Positions 27,647 through 35,385 of a stretch of DNA of 64,000 nt are shown here, in pieces (within the stretch, counting starts at the first letter, position 1; every line of letters starts with the position of its first letter). Source of the DNA: Sulfolobales archaeon (GTDB lineage Archaea > Thermoproteota > Thermoprotei_A > Sulfolobales > NBVN01); NCBI GenBank assembly GCA_038841535.1, contig JAWBTQ010000004.1:38271-102270 (forward strand), given 5' to 3'. A program made the translations under genes and the position numbers. The notes beneath the pieces were generated by a model. That model did not search any database. It saw only the letters and a program-made list of their open reading frames with translations, and was not told the origin of the DNA.

Positions 27647-28721
27647 ATCCTACAGCCCTCGAGACAACCTCCTTTAAGTCTATGCCCATAGGACACCAGG
27701 TAATACACCTTCCACACCCAACACAACCTGGAAGGCCAACTTGTTTTTGATAAAAGAGAAACTTGTGTAGCACGAAGTGTCTGTACCTCATAAAAAGCTC
27801 TGGTCTGAAGTGCTGACCAGCAACTTGACCATACGTAAACGAAAGACAGCCGAACCAGTGTCTATCACGCCAGGCTTTGCCTGATAGATCAGCATAGTCG
27901 TTAAACTCCGTGCAGAAGCATGTTGGACATACCATGTTGCAGTTAGTGCAGCCAACGCACCTCGCTGAAGCCTCTCTCCAGAATCCCTCTGCGGCAGCTA
28001 CATCTTCAAGAGCTCTGACTACGACATTAAATGGTGGAATTCGAGAAGCCTCTTTCCTAGCTTCATTTAAAGCTTCATCATACATTCTTAACGTCTCTTC
28101 TGAAGCAGGAGTGATACCTACTCTCTCAACTAGCTTAAGCCCTTTCTCGGAGCCTACCTTAAACAGCACTTGATCACCTAACCTAGCGTACGCTATATCG
28201 TACCCCTTCGATACGGCAGGTCCTGTCCCGATCGAGCCACAGAAACACGTACCTCCAGGTTCAACACACTCTTCTACCACTATATACTCTATGCGTGCCC
28301 TTCTAGCCTGGTATACGTCATCGCGTTCTAGAACTTTATCAAGCACTTCGATAGCGGCAAGATCGCAAGGTTTTATTCCAAAAAGTACTGATGGAGGGAA
28401 GTCGTCCTTAGTTCGCACTATCTCGAAGTCATCGGAGATCTCGTAAACAACCTGAGTTGGGTAGTGCAGGAGATGCTTAGGGGAGTACTGAGTGTGCCTA
28501 AAGACTCCCTTTACTTCTTTAGCAAGCCTGTAACTCCCGGGGCTCTGTATGTCTGTGTAGTCGATTAGTAGGTCGCTTAGTCTGCTCACTTCTCCAATCA
28601 CAGGTAAGTCTCCTTCAAGTTTGTAAGATAACACTCTCAGTCCTAGCTCCTTTAGAGCAAGTATGAGGTTCTCTAATAAGAGTACACTGCCCTCGAAGTA
28701 TTCTCCAAGCATTCTTGACAT
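27633..28721 (-). CDS. Sulfhydrogenase beta-like subunit (4Fe-4S, AsrA-like)
   Basis: CVGCTNCNMVCPTCFC and CVGCGRCITWCP cluster motifs; first gene of the operon. Confidence 0.85.
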   Translation of the reverse strand: MSRMLGEYFEGSVLLLENLILALKELGLRVLSYKLEGDLPVIGEVSRLSDLLIDYTDIQSPGSYRLAKEVKGVFRHTQYSPKHLLHYPTQVVYEISDDFEIVRTKDDFPPSVLFGIKPCDLAAIEVLDKVLERDDVYQARRARIEYIVVEECVEPGGTCFCGSIGTGPAVSKGYDIAYARLGDQVLFKVGSEKGLKLVERVGITPASEETLRMYDEALNEARKEASRIPPFNVVVRALEDVAAAEGFWREASARCVGCTNCNMVCPTCFCTEFNDYADLSGKAWRDRHWFGCLSFTYGQVAGQHFRPELFMRYRHFVLHKFLFYQKQVGLPGCVGCGRCITWCPMGIDLKEVVSRAVGYAGR

Positions 28722-28744
28722 CTATACCCTGTTCTTAGTACTTC

Positions 28745-28753
28745 AATAAATAT
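28745..28753 (-). promoter_or_regulatory. Putative TATA box of the sulfhydrogenase-like operon
   Basis: The minus strand reads ATATTTATT about 25-32 nt upstream of the ATG at 28721, suggesting a leaderless or short leader. Confidence 0.4.
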
Positions 28754-28757
28754 GTAA

Positions 28758-28778
28758 GTTAATTAAACTTAATTAAAT
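28758..28778. promoter_or_regulatory. Tandem TTAATTAAA boxes upstream of the TATA box
   Basis: GTTAATTAAACTTAATTAAAT: two palindromic TTAATTAA cores with a 10-nt period. Related GTTAATT/AATTAAC arms lie upstream of the second hydrogenase operon. Confidence 0.35.
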
Positions 28779-28834
28779 ATAAGTATAACGGCTTCGAATT
28801 GAAGTATAAGCTATTTCATCGTGAATTTCGGCAC

Positions 28835-30133
28835 TTAGCAGACTTTAAACATCCTCCTAATGTCGCTTAACTTAGTTACTCTCTCTTGGAATATCGCGCT
28901 AAATCTCTTTTTGTTACTTAATGGCTGTCCTCCACCCATTAAGCAGCCACCAGGACATACTTCAAACACTGGTAGACTCTTTTCATTTCGAAAGCTCGTG
29001 AGGTTGGCAGGAGGGTATACCTTAGTAACCTCTCTCTGCCTAAGGACTACGTAATCGGGGTATTCATCAGTTAGCGTATCGTAGTTAAGTTTCTTGAGAG
29101 CTATCTGCGCTTCCCGCGCAGTCAGCACTCTTGGGAGTACTCTTTTCCAAGATAGGCACTGAGTGATATAGACTACTCCAGGTGGTATGTTTAGCTTGGG
29201 CTCGATAGCTTTAACTCCAGGTGCTAAAGTTTGAAGTATCTTTTTCTCGGCTAGCGACCTAGCTACTATCACTTCCTCAGTTCTTAAATCGACTTCAGCA
29301 AGTGGGTCGTATACCGTGACCCTTTCGAATCCGATAGCCTTGAGTCCGCAAATGACCTTAAGCGGGTCTAGTCCCTCAGCTTCCGATAAAGAAGCTATGA
29401 CCTCGGGCTCTACGTACGCCTCAGATACGTGTCCTCTTCTAATTTCAGCGAGTACTTTATCTACATCTAAGCTGTACGTAATGGATCCAGCAGGACAGTA
29501 TGCAGCACAGAGTCCGCAGTAAACGCAGCCGGACTTTCTGAAGGGTTCTCCATAAGGTGTTGAGACTAAAGTCTCTATACCTCGGTTAACGTAGTTAAGT
29601 ACCTTAGCCCCGATCTTCGAGCATATTTCAACGCACCGTCCGCACACAAAGCACTTAAGCTGGTCGAACTTCATTAACTCGTCCTCTATCACTTGACCTC
29701 CTCGCTCGATATAACTAAATCTTTTCTCACTAACTATCCACTTAAGCCCTGCCGCTATCTTCTTAATTAATTCAATAACTTCTGATGGCTGAGCCGGACA
29801 GCCTCTTACGTAGCAATCTACCTTAACATGGCTACTCACAGGTTTTGACAGACCTAGAGCTCCTTGTACGCCTCCTAGACATGCGCAACTACCTAGGGCT
29901 ACCAAGACCTTTGCTTTGCTTCTAACTCTGTGGAGTAGCTCGAGGTCTCTCCCGCTCAGTACCGACCCCTCGACTAAGGCTACATCAACGTCATCGACTT
30001 CTTTACCTATTCCAGCTAGCGGCCAGTAAGTTAGTGAGATGTCGTCTCTCTCTAAAAGGTCGGCAAACTCTTTGCTCACCAAGTTGTACTGACAGCCATC
30101 GCAGCCAGATAGGGCCACGATCGCAACCTTCAT
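28835..30133 (-). CDS. Fusion protein: [NiFe] small-subunit N-terminal (proximal-cluster) domain + 2x[4Fe-4S] ferredoxin + degenerate [FeFe]-hydrogenase H-domain
   Basis: Residues 1-135 carry CDGC, GSCACLGG, GCPAQP. Then come CFVCGRCVEICS and CVYCGLCAAYCP. Then Fe_hyd_lg_C-like blocks follow: YVEPEVIASL, LKAIGFERV, ITQCLSWK, VLTAREA, FEVCPGGCLMGGGQP. Confidence 0.85.
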   Translation of the reverse strand: MKVAIVALSGCDGCQYNLVSKEFADLLERDDISLTYWPLAGIGKEVDDVDVALVEGSVLSGRDLELLHRVRSKAKVLVALGSCACLGGVQGALGLSKPVSSHVKVDCYVRGCPAQPSEVIELIKKIAAGLKWIVSEKRFSYIERGGQVIEDELMKFDQLKCFVCGRCVEICSKIGAKVLNYVNRGIETLVSTPYGEPFRKSGCVYCGLCAAYCPAGSITYSLDVDKVLAEIRRGHVSEAYVEPEVIASLSEAEGLDPLKVICGLKAIGFERVTVYDPLAEVDLRTEEVIVARSLAEKKILQTLAPGVKAIEPKLNIPPGVVYITQCLSWKRVLPRVLTAREAQIALKKLNYDTLTDEYPDYVVLRQREVTKVYPPANLTSFRNEKSLPVFEVCPGGCLMGGGQPLSNKKRFSAIFQERVTKLSDIRRMFKVC

Positions 30134-30140
30134 TAATCTA

Positions 30141-31412
30141 TCACCTCACTTTAACGACGTGAACGGCACACGGGATACACGGGTCGTAAGCTCTAACGAG
30201 CGCCTCTATGTACTTCTGTATAGTTGAATCACTAGCGCCTTCAGCGAGAAGTTCTTTGGCTATAGAGGTTGCGGACAGCTCTACGTGCTCTGTATTCATG
30301 ACTGTCGGAGTAGCTATATCAGCCCTAACGACTTTTAGGTCTTTATCTACCTCGTAGTAGTGTATCAGTAACCCTCTCGGAGCTTCCACAACACCTAGAC
30401 CAGCTGACGCACATCTCGTAGTAGCCGGCTGTAGCTCTAGGTCTCTAGATGAAAGCTCACTGACGTCTTGAACTATGGAGTCGAACATCAGCTTCGATTC
30501 TATTGCTTTAGCGTAGATGTTGGAGTAGGGGTTTTCTTTAAGCTTTTTCTCAAAGCTAGCCACAACACCTCTAGTCTCACCGTCGAGTTCGTTGTACTCT
30601 AGTGCACTTAAGAGTCTAGCTCTAGCTCCAACGTAAAACGGGTAGCCTAAGAATAAGCACTTTTTGCTACTAGAGTACTCAACGTGTAGTTCGTTAAAGA
30701 GCTCTCTATAGTTCTCTAAGGTAGTAGCGAACCTTCCAGTAGGTGTATTTAAGCTGTAGGGCTGGCCTCTTGGGACAGTGGACCTAGTAGACCCCGATAG
30801 AGCAACGTACCTAGGTGATGGGTCTCTAGAGTTCGGAAGCTCGATGTCTAGCACTCTCTCTGTGAAGCCCTCGAGGTGGGGCCGCACGGATTTTAGTAGC
30901 TCAAGTGCTGACATGAATACTCTACGGCTGACGTCGGATAGGAACCTCCCCATAGAGTAGTTATTGGGTGACGTAAGTCTGCCGCATACGAGCTTAATGA
31001 CCTTGTTTAAGTAGGTGTTGATCTCTAGAGACTTCTTCGCGAGCTGCTCAGAAGCTTCCCTACTTAAGTAGTCCGGTAGCGCTAGAACCCCTAAGTGAAT
31101 TACGTGGTTCTGAATAAAGCTCAGCTTATTGCATACGTCCCTCAATCTGACAGTGTCTTCAGAGGCTTCTACCCCTGCGATTTGCTCAACAGCTAAAGAC
31201 GCTGCCCAGAAATGGGGGTGGCTACACACTCCGCAGATCCTTGAAGCTATAGCTGGTACTTCACTAACTTTCCGCCCGATGACTAAGTTTTCGAATCCTC
31301 TCAGGCTTGCTACTGAGCTATACGTGACTCTCGCAGAGCCGTCGTATATCAACACCTCTACCTTGGACTCACCGGCCACTCTAGGTATTTCCCAGCTTAG
31401 TGACTTACTCAT
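30141..31412 (-). CDS. [NiFe] hydrogenase large subunit (group 3, NAD(P)-linked type)
   Basis: RICGVCSHPH and DPCIPCAVH motifs; only a 5-aa C-terminal extension (VVKVR). Confidence 0.9.
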   Translation of the reverse strand: MSKSLSWEIPRVAGESKVEVLIYDGSARVTYSSVASLRGFENLVIGRKVSEVPAIASRICGVCSHPHFWAASLAVEQIAGVEASEDTVRLRDVCNKLSFIQNHVIHLGVLALPDYLSREASEQLAKKSLEINTYLNKVIKLVCGRLTSPNNYSMGRFLSDVSRRVFMSALELLKSVRPHLEGFTERVLDIELPNSRDPSPRYVALSGSTRSTVPRGQPYSLNTPTGRFATTLENYRELFNELHVEYSSSKKCLFLGYPFYVGARARLLSALEYNELDGETRGVVASFEKKLKENPYSNIYAKAIESKLMFDSIVQDVSELSSRDLELQPATTRCASAGLGVVEAPRGLLIHYYEVDKDLKVVRADIATPTVMNTEHVELSATSIAKELLAEGASDSTIQKYIEALVRAYDPCIPCAVHVVKVR

Positions 31413-32068
31413 GGTTTACCACCCTTCGTGACTACCTCCCTTAGTCTCTCGGGTAGATTGCTCCAGAAAAACTTCATAGTAGCCTCGATCTCCTTTACGT
31501 CTATTCTATACCTCCTGTATAGCTCCACTGTAGCGTCTTCCCAAATCCTTGAGTCACTTAAGTACCCCCGACACCCCACACACGGAGCTCCGTAGCGAGG
31601 GCATTCAGCAGAACAGCCGGCGACAGTCAGAGGTCCTAAGCACGGCTCACCCTTTGTGATGAGGCATTCATCCCCTATGAGTGGGCACTCAGAGCACACC
31701 GGTAACCCTTCGATACCTAGCTGCTTCGATACTTCGAGTAGGGTACAGTTCGACTTCCTTATGCAGCTCCAGCACTTGACTCTATGTGTCGATAGCAGTA
31801 GCTCTAGGTTGGTCCTTCTATACCTAGTGAGCTCATCACCTTCCGTCACTATTTTAGCTTCCTCAGATACCGGGAACCTACATGAGGGAACGACTCTCCC
31901 GTTAACTAGGACTACGCATATTCTACAAGTAGCTTCCTCGAAGAGTCCCTCGAGATAGCAGAGTACGGGGACTCTAAACCCAGCCTTCTCAACAGCATCT
32001 ATTACGAAAGCGTTTCGTGGTACCTCTACCCGTACGCCATTTACGTAAACTCTAACCGCGTCCACCAT
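31409..32068 (-). CDS. Fusion protein: HydA/NuoG/HoxU-type N-terminus (2Fe-2S + His-ligated 4Fe-4S) + [NiFe] small-subunit C-terminal (medial/distal cluster) domain
   Basis: CYLEGLFEEATCRIC..C (2Fe-2S) and HRVKCWSCIRKSNC (HxxxCxxCxxxxxC). Then CSECPLIGDECLITKGEPCLGPLTVAGCSAECPRYGAPCVGC follows, collinear with the delta subunit of the neighbouring operon. Confidence 0.85.
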   Translation of the reverse strand: MVDAVRVYVNGVRVEVPRNAFVIDAVEKAGFRVPVLCYLEGLFEEATCRICVVLVNGRVVPSCRFPVSEEAKIVTEGDELTRYRRTNLELLLSTHRVKCWSCIRKSNCTLLEVSKQLGIEGLPVCSECPLIGDECLITKGEPCLGPLTVAGCSAECPRYGAPCVGCRGYLSDSRIWEDATVELYRRYRIDVKEIEATMKFFWSNLPERLREVVTKGGKP

Positions 32069-32071
32069 CTC

Positions 32072-33892
32072 TCACACCTTCCTAATTGCTCCAAAGGGAC
32101 ACGCGATCAAGCATTGACCGCACTTAGCGCAAAGCTCTTCCCTTACTTTATGGACTTCTCCCGGCGAGCCAGATATCGCACCGGTAGGGCAGGTCTTAGC
32201 GCACTGCGTGCAACCCCTGCATAGGGCTGGGTCAATAACGTACTTAACTAACTTAGTGCAGACTTTAGCTGGACACCTACGATTGATTACGTGTTCTACG
32301 TACTCGTGTTTAAAGTACCACAGTGTCGACAGTATGGGGTTGGGTGCCGTTCCCCCGAGTGCGCAGAGGCTTGACTTAGCTATGCTCTCACCGAGCTCTT
32401 GAGCGAGCTCTATATCGTCTATCGTTCCAGTACCACTCGTAATCCTCTCCAGTATGTTGCTGAGCTGCTTCATGCCAACTCTACAAGGGAGGCACTTCCC
32501 GCAGGATTCAGCTAGAGTAAAGCCGGTGAAGAACTTTGCTACATCAACCATGCAGTTACCGTCGTCAATGACTACTAAACCTCCAGACCCCATTATGGCA
32601 CCGTAGCTCTGCAGGCTCTCGTAGTCCATCTCTAGGTCCATTAGCTCAGCTGGAATGCATCCCCCACTAGGACCTCCTATCTGTACAGCCTTGACTTTCC
32701 TACCCTCCGGAGGTCCTCCCGCTATATCGAAGACTAAGGTCTTTATCTTAGTCCCCACAGGCACTTCGTAAACCCCAGTCCTCTTGACGGCCCCAGTAAC
32801 ACAGAACATCTTAGTTCCTTTCGACTTGTCCGTTCCGTACTTAGTGAACTCGGCTACACCACTCTGGAATATCGTAGCAACGTGAGCAAGAGTCTCCACG
32901 TTGTTTATGACTGTTGGTTTTCCCCGCAGTCCACTAGTCGCAGGATAGGGAGGCCTCTGCCTCGGTCTAGAGCGGCCCTCTATAGCTGCTATTAGTGCTG
33001 TTTCTTCTCCACACACGAACGCACCCGCACTCCTATAGACTTCTACGTCGAAGTCGAACCCGGAGCCCAGGATGTTCTTCCCCAGGAACCCCGCTCTTCT
33101 TGCGTCGTTGACTGCTTTCTCTAGTCTTTCAGCCATAAGGGGTTTCTCGGCTCTAACGAAAATAAACCCTTTAGTCGCCCCAATAGCGTAGCCGGCGATT
33201 ATGAGCCCCTCTAGAACTCTATGGGGGTCTGATTCAGCGAGGAGCCTGTTCATGAAGGCACCAGGGTCTCCTTCGTCACCGTTGCATATTACGTACTTAA
33301 CGTCGCTCTTTTGTTCGTACGCTACCTTCCACTTAAACCAGGTCGGAAAGCCAGCTCCTCCTCTTCCTCTAAGACCGGAAGCCTTAACTTCCTCTATTAC
33401 TTTCTCTCTACTCATACTCAAAGCTCTCTTAAGTCCCGAGTACCCACCGGTCTCTACATAGTCTTCGATGGACTCAGGGTTTATTAAGCCGCAGTTTCTG
33501 GAAACGTACCTCGTCTGAAGTCTCCAGTAGTCTAGTTCGTCTAGCGACGGCGGGTCTCTAGAGTCTGTTTTGAATCTTACCGCAGTAGCTCCAGAGAGGT
33601 CTCCCTCTAAATACCTCTTCAAGATCTGTGGGACTTGGTCGGGCTTTACGTTTCCGTATAGTGCCGGAGGCTGTCCTTCTTTAGCTACCTCGATCCAGGG
33701 ATCCATAAAGCAGAGACCGGTACACCCTACTGTATACACTTCGGCGTCTAGCTTTAGCTCTTCGACAGCTCTGCGAACTCTTCTATATACTTCTTCAGCA
33801 CCTGCAGCAAGAGTACAGCTAGCTATCGGCACCCGTATTCTAAAGCCTTTACTACCGTACAGTATCTTCCTCAGAGTAGCCTGCGGCAGCAA
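32072..33892 (-). CDS. NuoF/HydB-like NAD(P)H-binding flavoprotein subunit with extra N-terminal Fe-S domain and C-terminal 2x[4Fe-4S] domain
   Basis: GGAGFPT (FMN), GDEGDPGAF, ESCGKCLPCRVG (N3 cluster), C-terminal CRGCTQCAKTCP and CAKCGQCLIACP; 606 aa. Confidence 0.9.
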   Translation of the reverse strand: MLPQATLRKILYGSKGFRIRVPIASCTLAAGAEEVYRRVRRAVEELKLDAEVYTVGCTGLCFMDPWIEVAKEGQPPALYGNVKPDQVPQILKRYLEGDLSGATAVRFKTDSRDPPSLDELDYWRLQTRYVSRNCGLINPESIEDYVETGGYSGLKRALSMSREKVIEEVKASGLRGRGGAGFPTWFKWKVAYEQKSDVKYVICNGDEGDPGAFMNRLLAESDPHRVLEGLIIAGYAIGATKGFIFVRAEKPLMAERLEKAVNDARRAGFLGKNILGSGFDFDVEVYRSAGAFVCGEETALIAAIEGRSRPRQRPPYPATSGLRGKPTVINNVETLAHVATIFQSGVAEFTKYGTDKSKGTKMFCVTGAVKRTGVYEVPVGTKIKTLVFDIAGGPPEGRKVKAVQIGGPSGGCIPAELMDLEMDYESLQSYGAIMGSGGLVVIDDGNCMVDVAKFFTGFTLAESCGKCLPCRVGMKQLSNILERITSGTGTIDDIELAQELGESIAKSSLCALGGTAPNPILSTLWYFKHEYVEHVINRRCPAKVCTKLVKYVIDPALCRGCTQCAKTCPTGAISGSPGEVHKVREELCAKCGQCLIACPFGAIRKV

Positions 33893-34400
33893 TACTGCCG
33901 AACCCCGCGGTACTAGCCGCTCTAGACTTGTAGCTTAAGATAAGCCTCCTACTCTCAGTCGGTGTGAGCTTACCGTGAACGTATCTCTCGGAGCCATCTG
34001 AAGAGACAACCATGGCAACCGGGGCTAGGCTACAGCAACCGAAGCACCTCGCCTTTTCGATAGTGAGAGAGCCGTCCTCCGTCGTAGTTCCTCCGTCATT
34101 AAGTCCGACTGCTCTCCTCATCGCTTCGTAAACCTCTGAAGAACCCCTCAAGTAGCACGCTGTACCAAAGCATACGTATGCTACGTACTTACCCACCGGT
34201 TCGAGCCTGAACTGGTGGTAGAAAGTAGCTACGTTGAGGACTTCAGCGAGAGACACTCCTAAGCGCCTAGATACCTCTTCGAGGCTTTCTCTAGGTAAGT
34301 ACCCAAACGTTCTTTGAACTTCTTGAAGAATATTGATCAGCTTACTTCTATCCGTACCGATCCTCGAAACTACGCTCTCAACGAATCCTCTAGGATCCAC
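33852..34400 (-). CDS. NuoE/HydC-like 2Fe-2S thioredoxin-like subunit
   Basis: VCFGTAC and RCFGCCSLAP motifs; GTG start; overlaps the next gene by 41 nt. Confidence 0.85.
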   Translation of the reverse strand: MDPRGFVESVVSRIGTDRSKLINILQEVQRTFGYLPRESLEEVSRRLGVSLAEVLNVATFYHQFRLEPVGKYVAYVCFGTACYLRGSSEVYEAMRRAVGLNDGGTTTEDGSLTIEKARCFGCCSLAPVAMVVSSDGSERYVHGKLTPTESRRLILSYKSRAASTAGFGSIAAAGYSEEDTVR

Positions 34401-34431
34401 TCGCCCCCTTCAACTAGATCTTCGACCGTTG

Positions 34432-34437
34432 TTTAAA
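34432..34437 (-). promoter_or_regulatory. Putative TATA box of the second hydrogenase operon
   Basis: The minus strand reads CTTTAAAC about 32-37 nt upstream of the GTG at 34400. A G-rich SD-like GAAGGGGG lies between them. Confidence 0.35.
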
Positions 34438-34443
34438 GCGAGG

Positions 34444-34463
34444 GTTAATTTATGGTAATTAAC
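34444..34463. promoter_or_regulatory. Inverted repeat GTTAATT-N6-AATTAAC just upstream of the TATA box
   Basis: Perfect 7-bp arms at 34444-34450 and 34457-34463; position typical of an archaeal operator or activator site. Confidence 0.4.
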
Positions 34464-34488
34464 GAGTAAGTATTGTAAGTAAGTATAA

Positions 34489-35385
34489 CTATACCTTGGG
34501 GAAGAAGTACTTGCACCTACACGCCTTATTTCTAACACACCTTCCTAAGACTACCTCCGATATCCTAGAGGTTAAGTACTTGATGTTTCTACAGATTTCG
34601 TTTCGACACTCTGTTTCTCCCAACAAGCTGAGGACCTTGATCACGCTGTTGACAGCTGTTTCAACGTCTTGAACTAGGGTAGCACTTATAGCCGCTCTCG
34701 ACAGCTCTAGGACTCTCGACAGCTCTACGTCTTCGCTTAGCTTAGGTTGCTCGACTCCTACTAAGATGTCGAAGAGCTCCTTGATGTACTCAATTGATAC
34801 GGCTAGGTCTAGAGCTTCGTAGGGGTCTATAGAGCCGTCGGCAACACCCTGCTTTATGGTTCTAAGGAAGTACAGGTACTTTCTGTAGAACTCTCTGTAT
34901 GTAGCGGGAGTAGAGGGGTTTCTCTCTTCAACGCAGTCTATGAGCTTGCTAGAGGTAGCTTCGATGGTTTTTAAGAGCGAGAGGAGGTCTGTCTTTACGT
35001 CAGAAAAAACTAGTTCGTGGATATTCGAACCCGGGTTAGCCATGAGGACGAAGCTCGTTACATAGTCCTTAAGGCTCTCAGAGAGCTCTAGAGACTGCTC
35101 ATAGCTCGACTTTATCTTAACTCTCGTTACTCCCTCTACGTAGGAGGCAACTAGCTTCCTAATTGCTAGGTCGCTAGACTCGTACTCTATTAAGACGTTG
35201 ACTTCCTCGCTTTGCTCACTACTCGAAGATGGAACTACAGTTATCTTAGAGCCATCGAAGTAGAGGCTAACTCTATCTCCAGGTTTAATACCTAGAGCGT
35301 CAGCCCACCTCTTCGGCACTATTATAGATAGAGAACCCTTACCAACCACGTTCACTTTCTTGACTAAGCGCTCAGACATCTGCAC
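34489..35385 (-). CDS. AbrB/SpoVT-domain + PhoU-like domain transcriptional regulator
   Basis: N-terminal swapped-hairpin pattern VGKGSLSIIVPKRWADALGIKPGDRVSLYFDGSKITVVP, followed by a helical PhoU-like repeat region. The likely start is ATG at 35379 or GTG at 35385. Confidence 0.75.
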   Translation of the reverse strand: MQMSERLVKKVNVVGKGSLSIIVPKRWADALGIKPGDRVSLYFDGSKITVVPSSSSEQSEEVNVLIEYESSDLAIRKLVASYVEGVTRVKIKSSYEQSLELSESLKDYVTSFVLMANPGSNIHELVFSDVKTDLLSLLKTIEATSSKLIDCVEERNPSTPATYREFYRKYLYFLRTIKQGVADGSIDPYEALDLAVSIEYIKELFDILVGVEQPKLSEDVELSRVLELSRAAISATLVQDVETAVNSVIKVLSLLGETECRNEICRNIKYLTSRISEVVLGRCVRNKACRCKYFFPKV

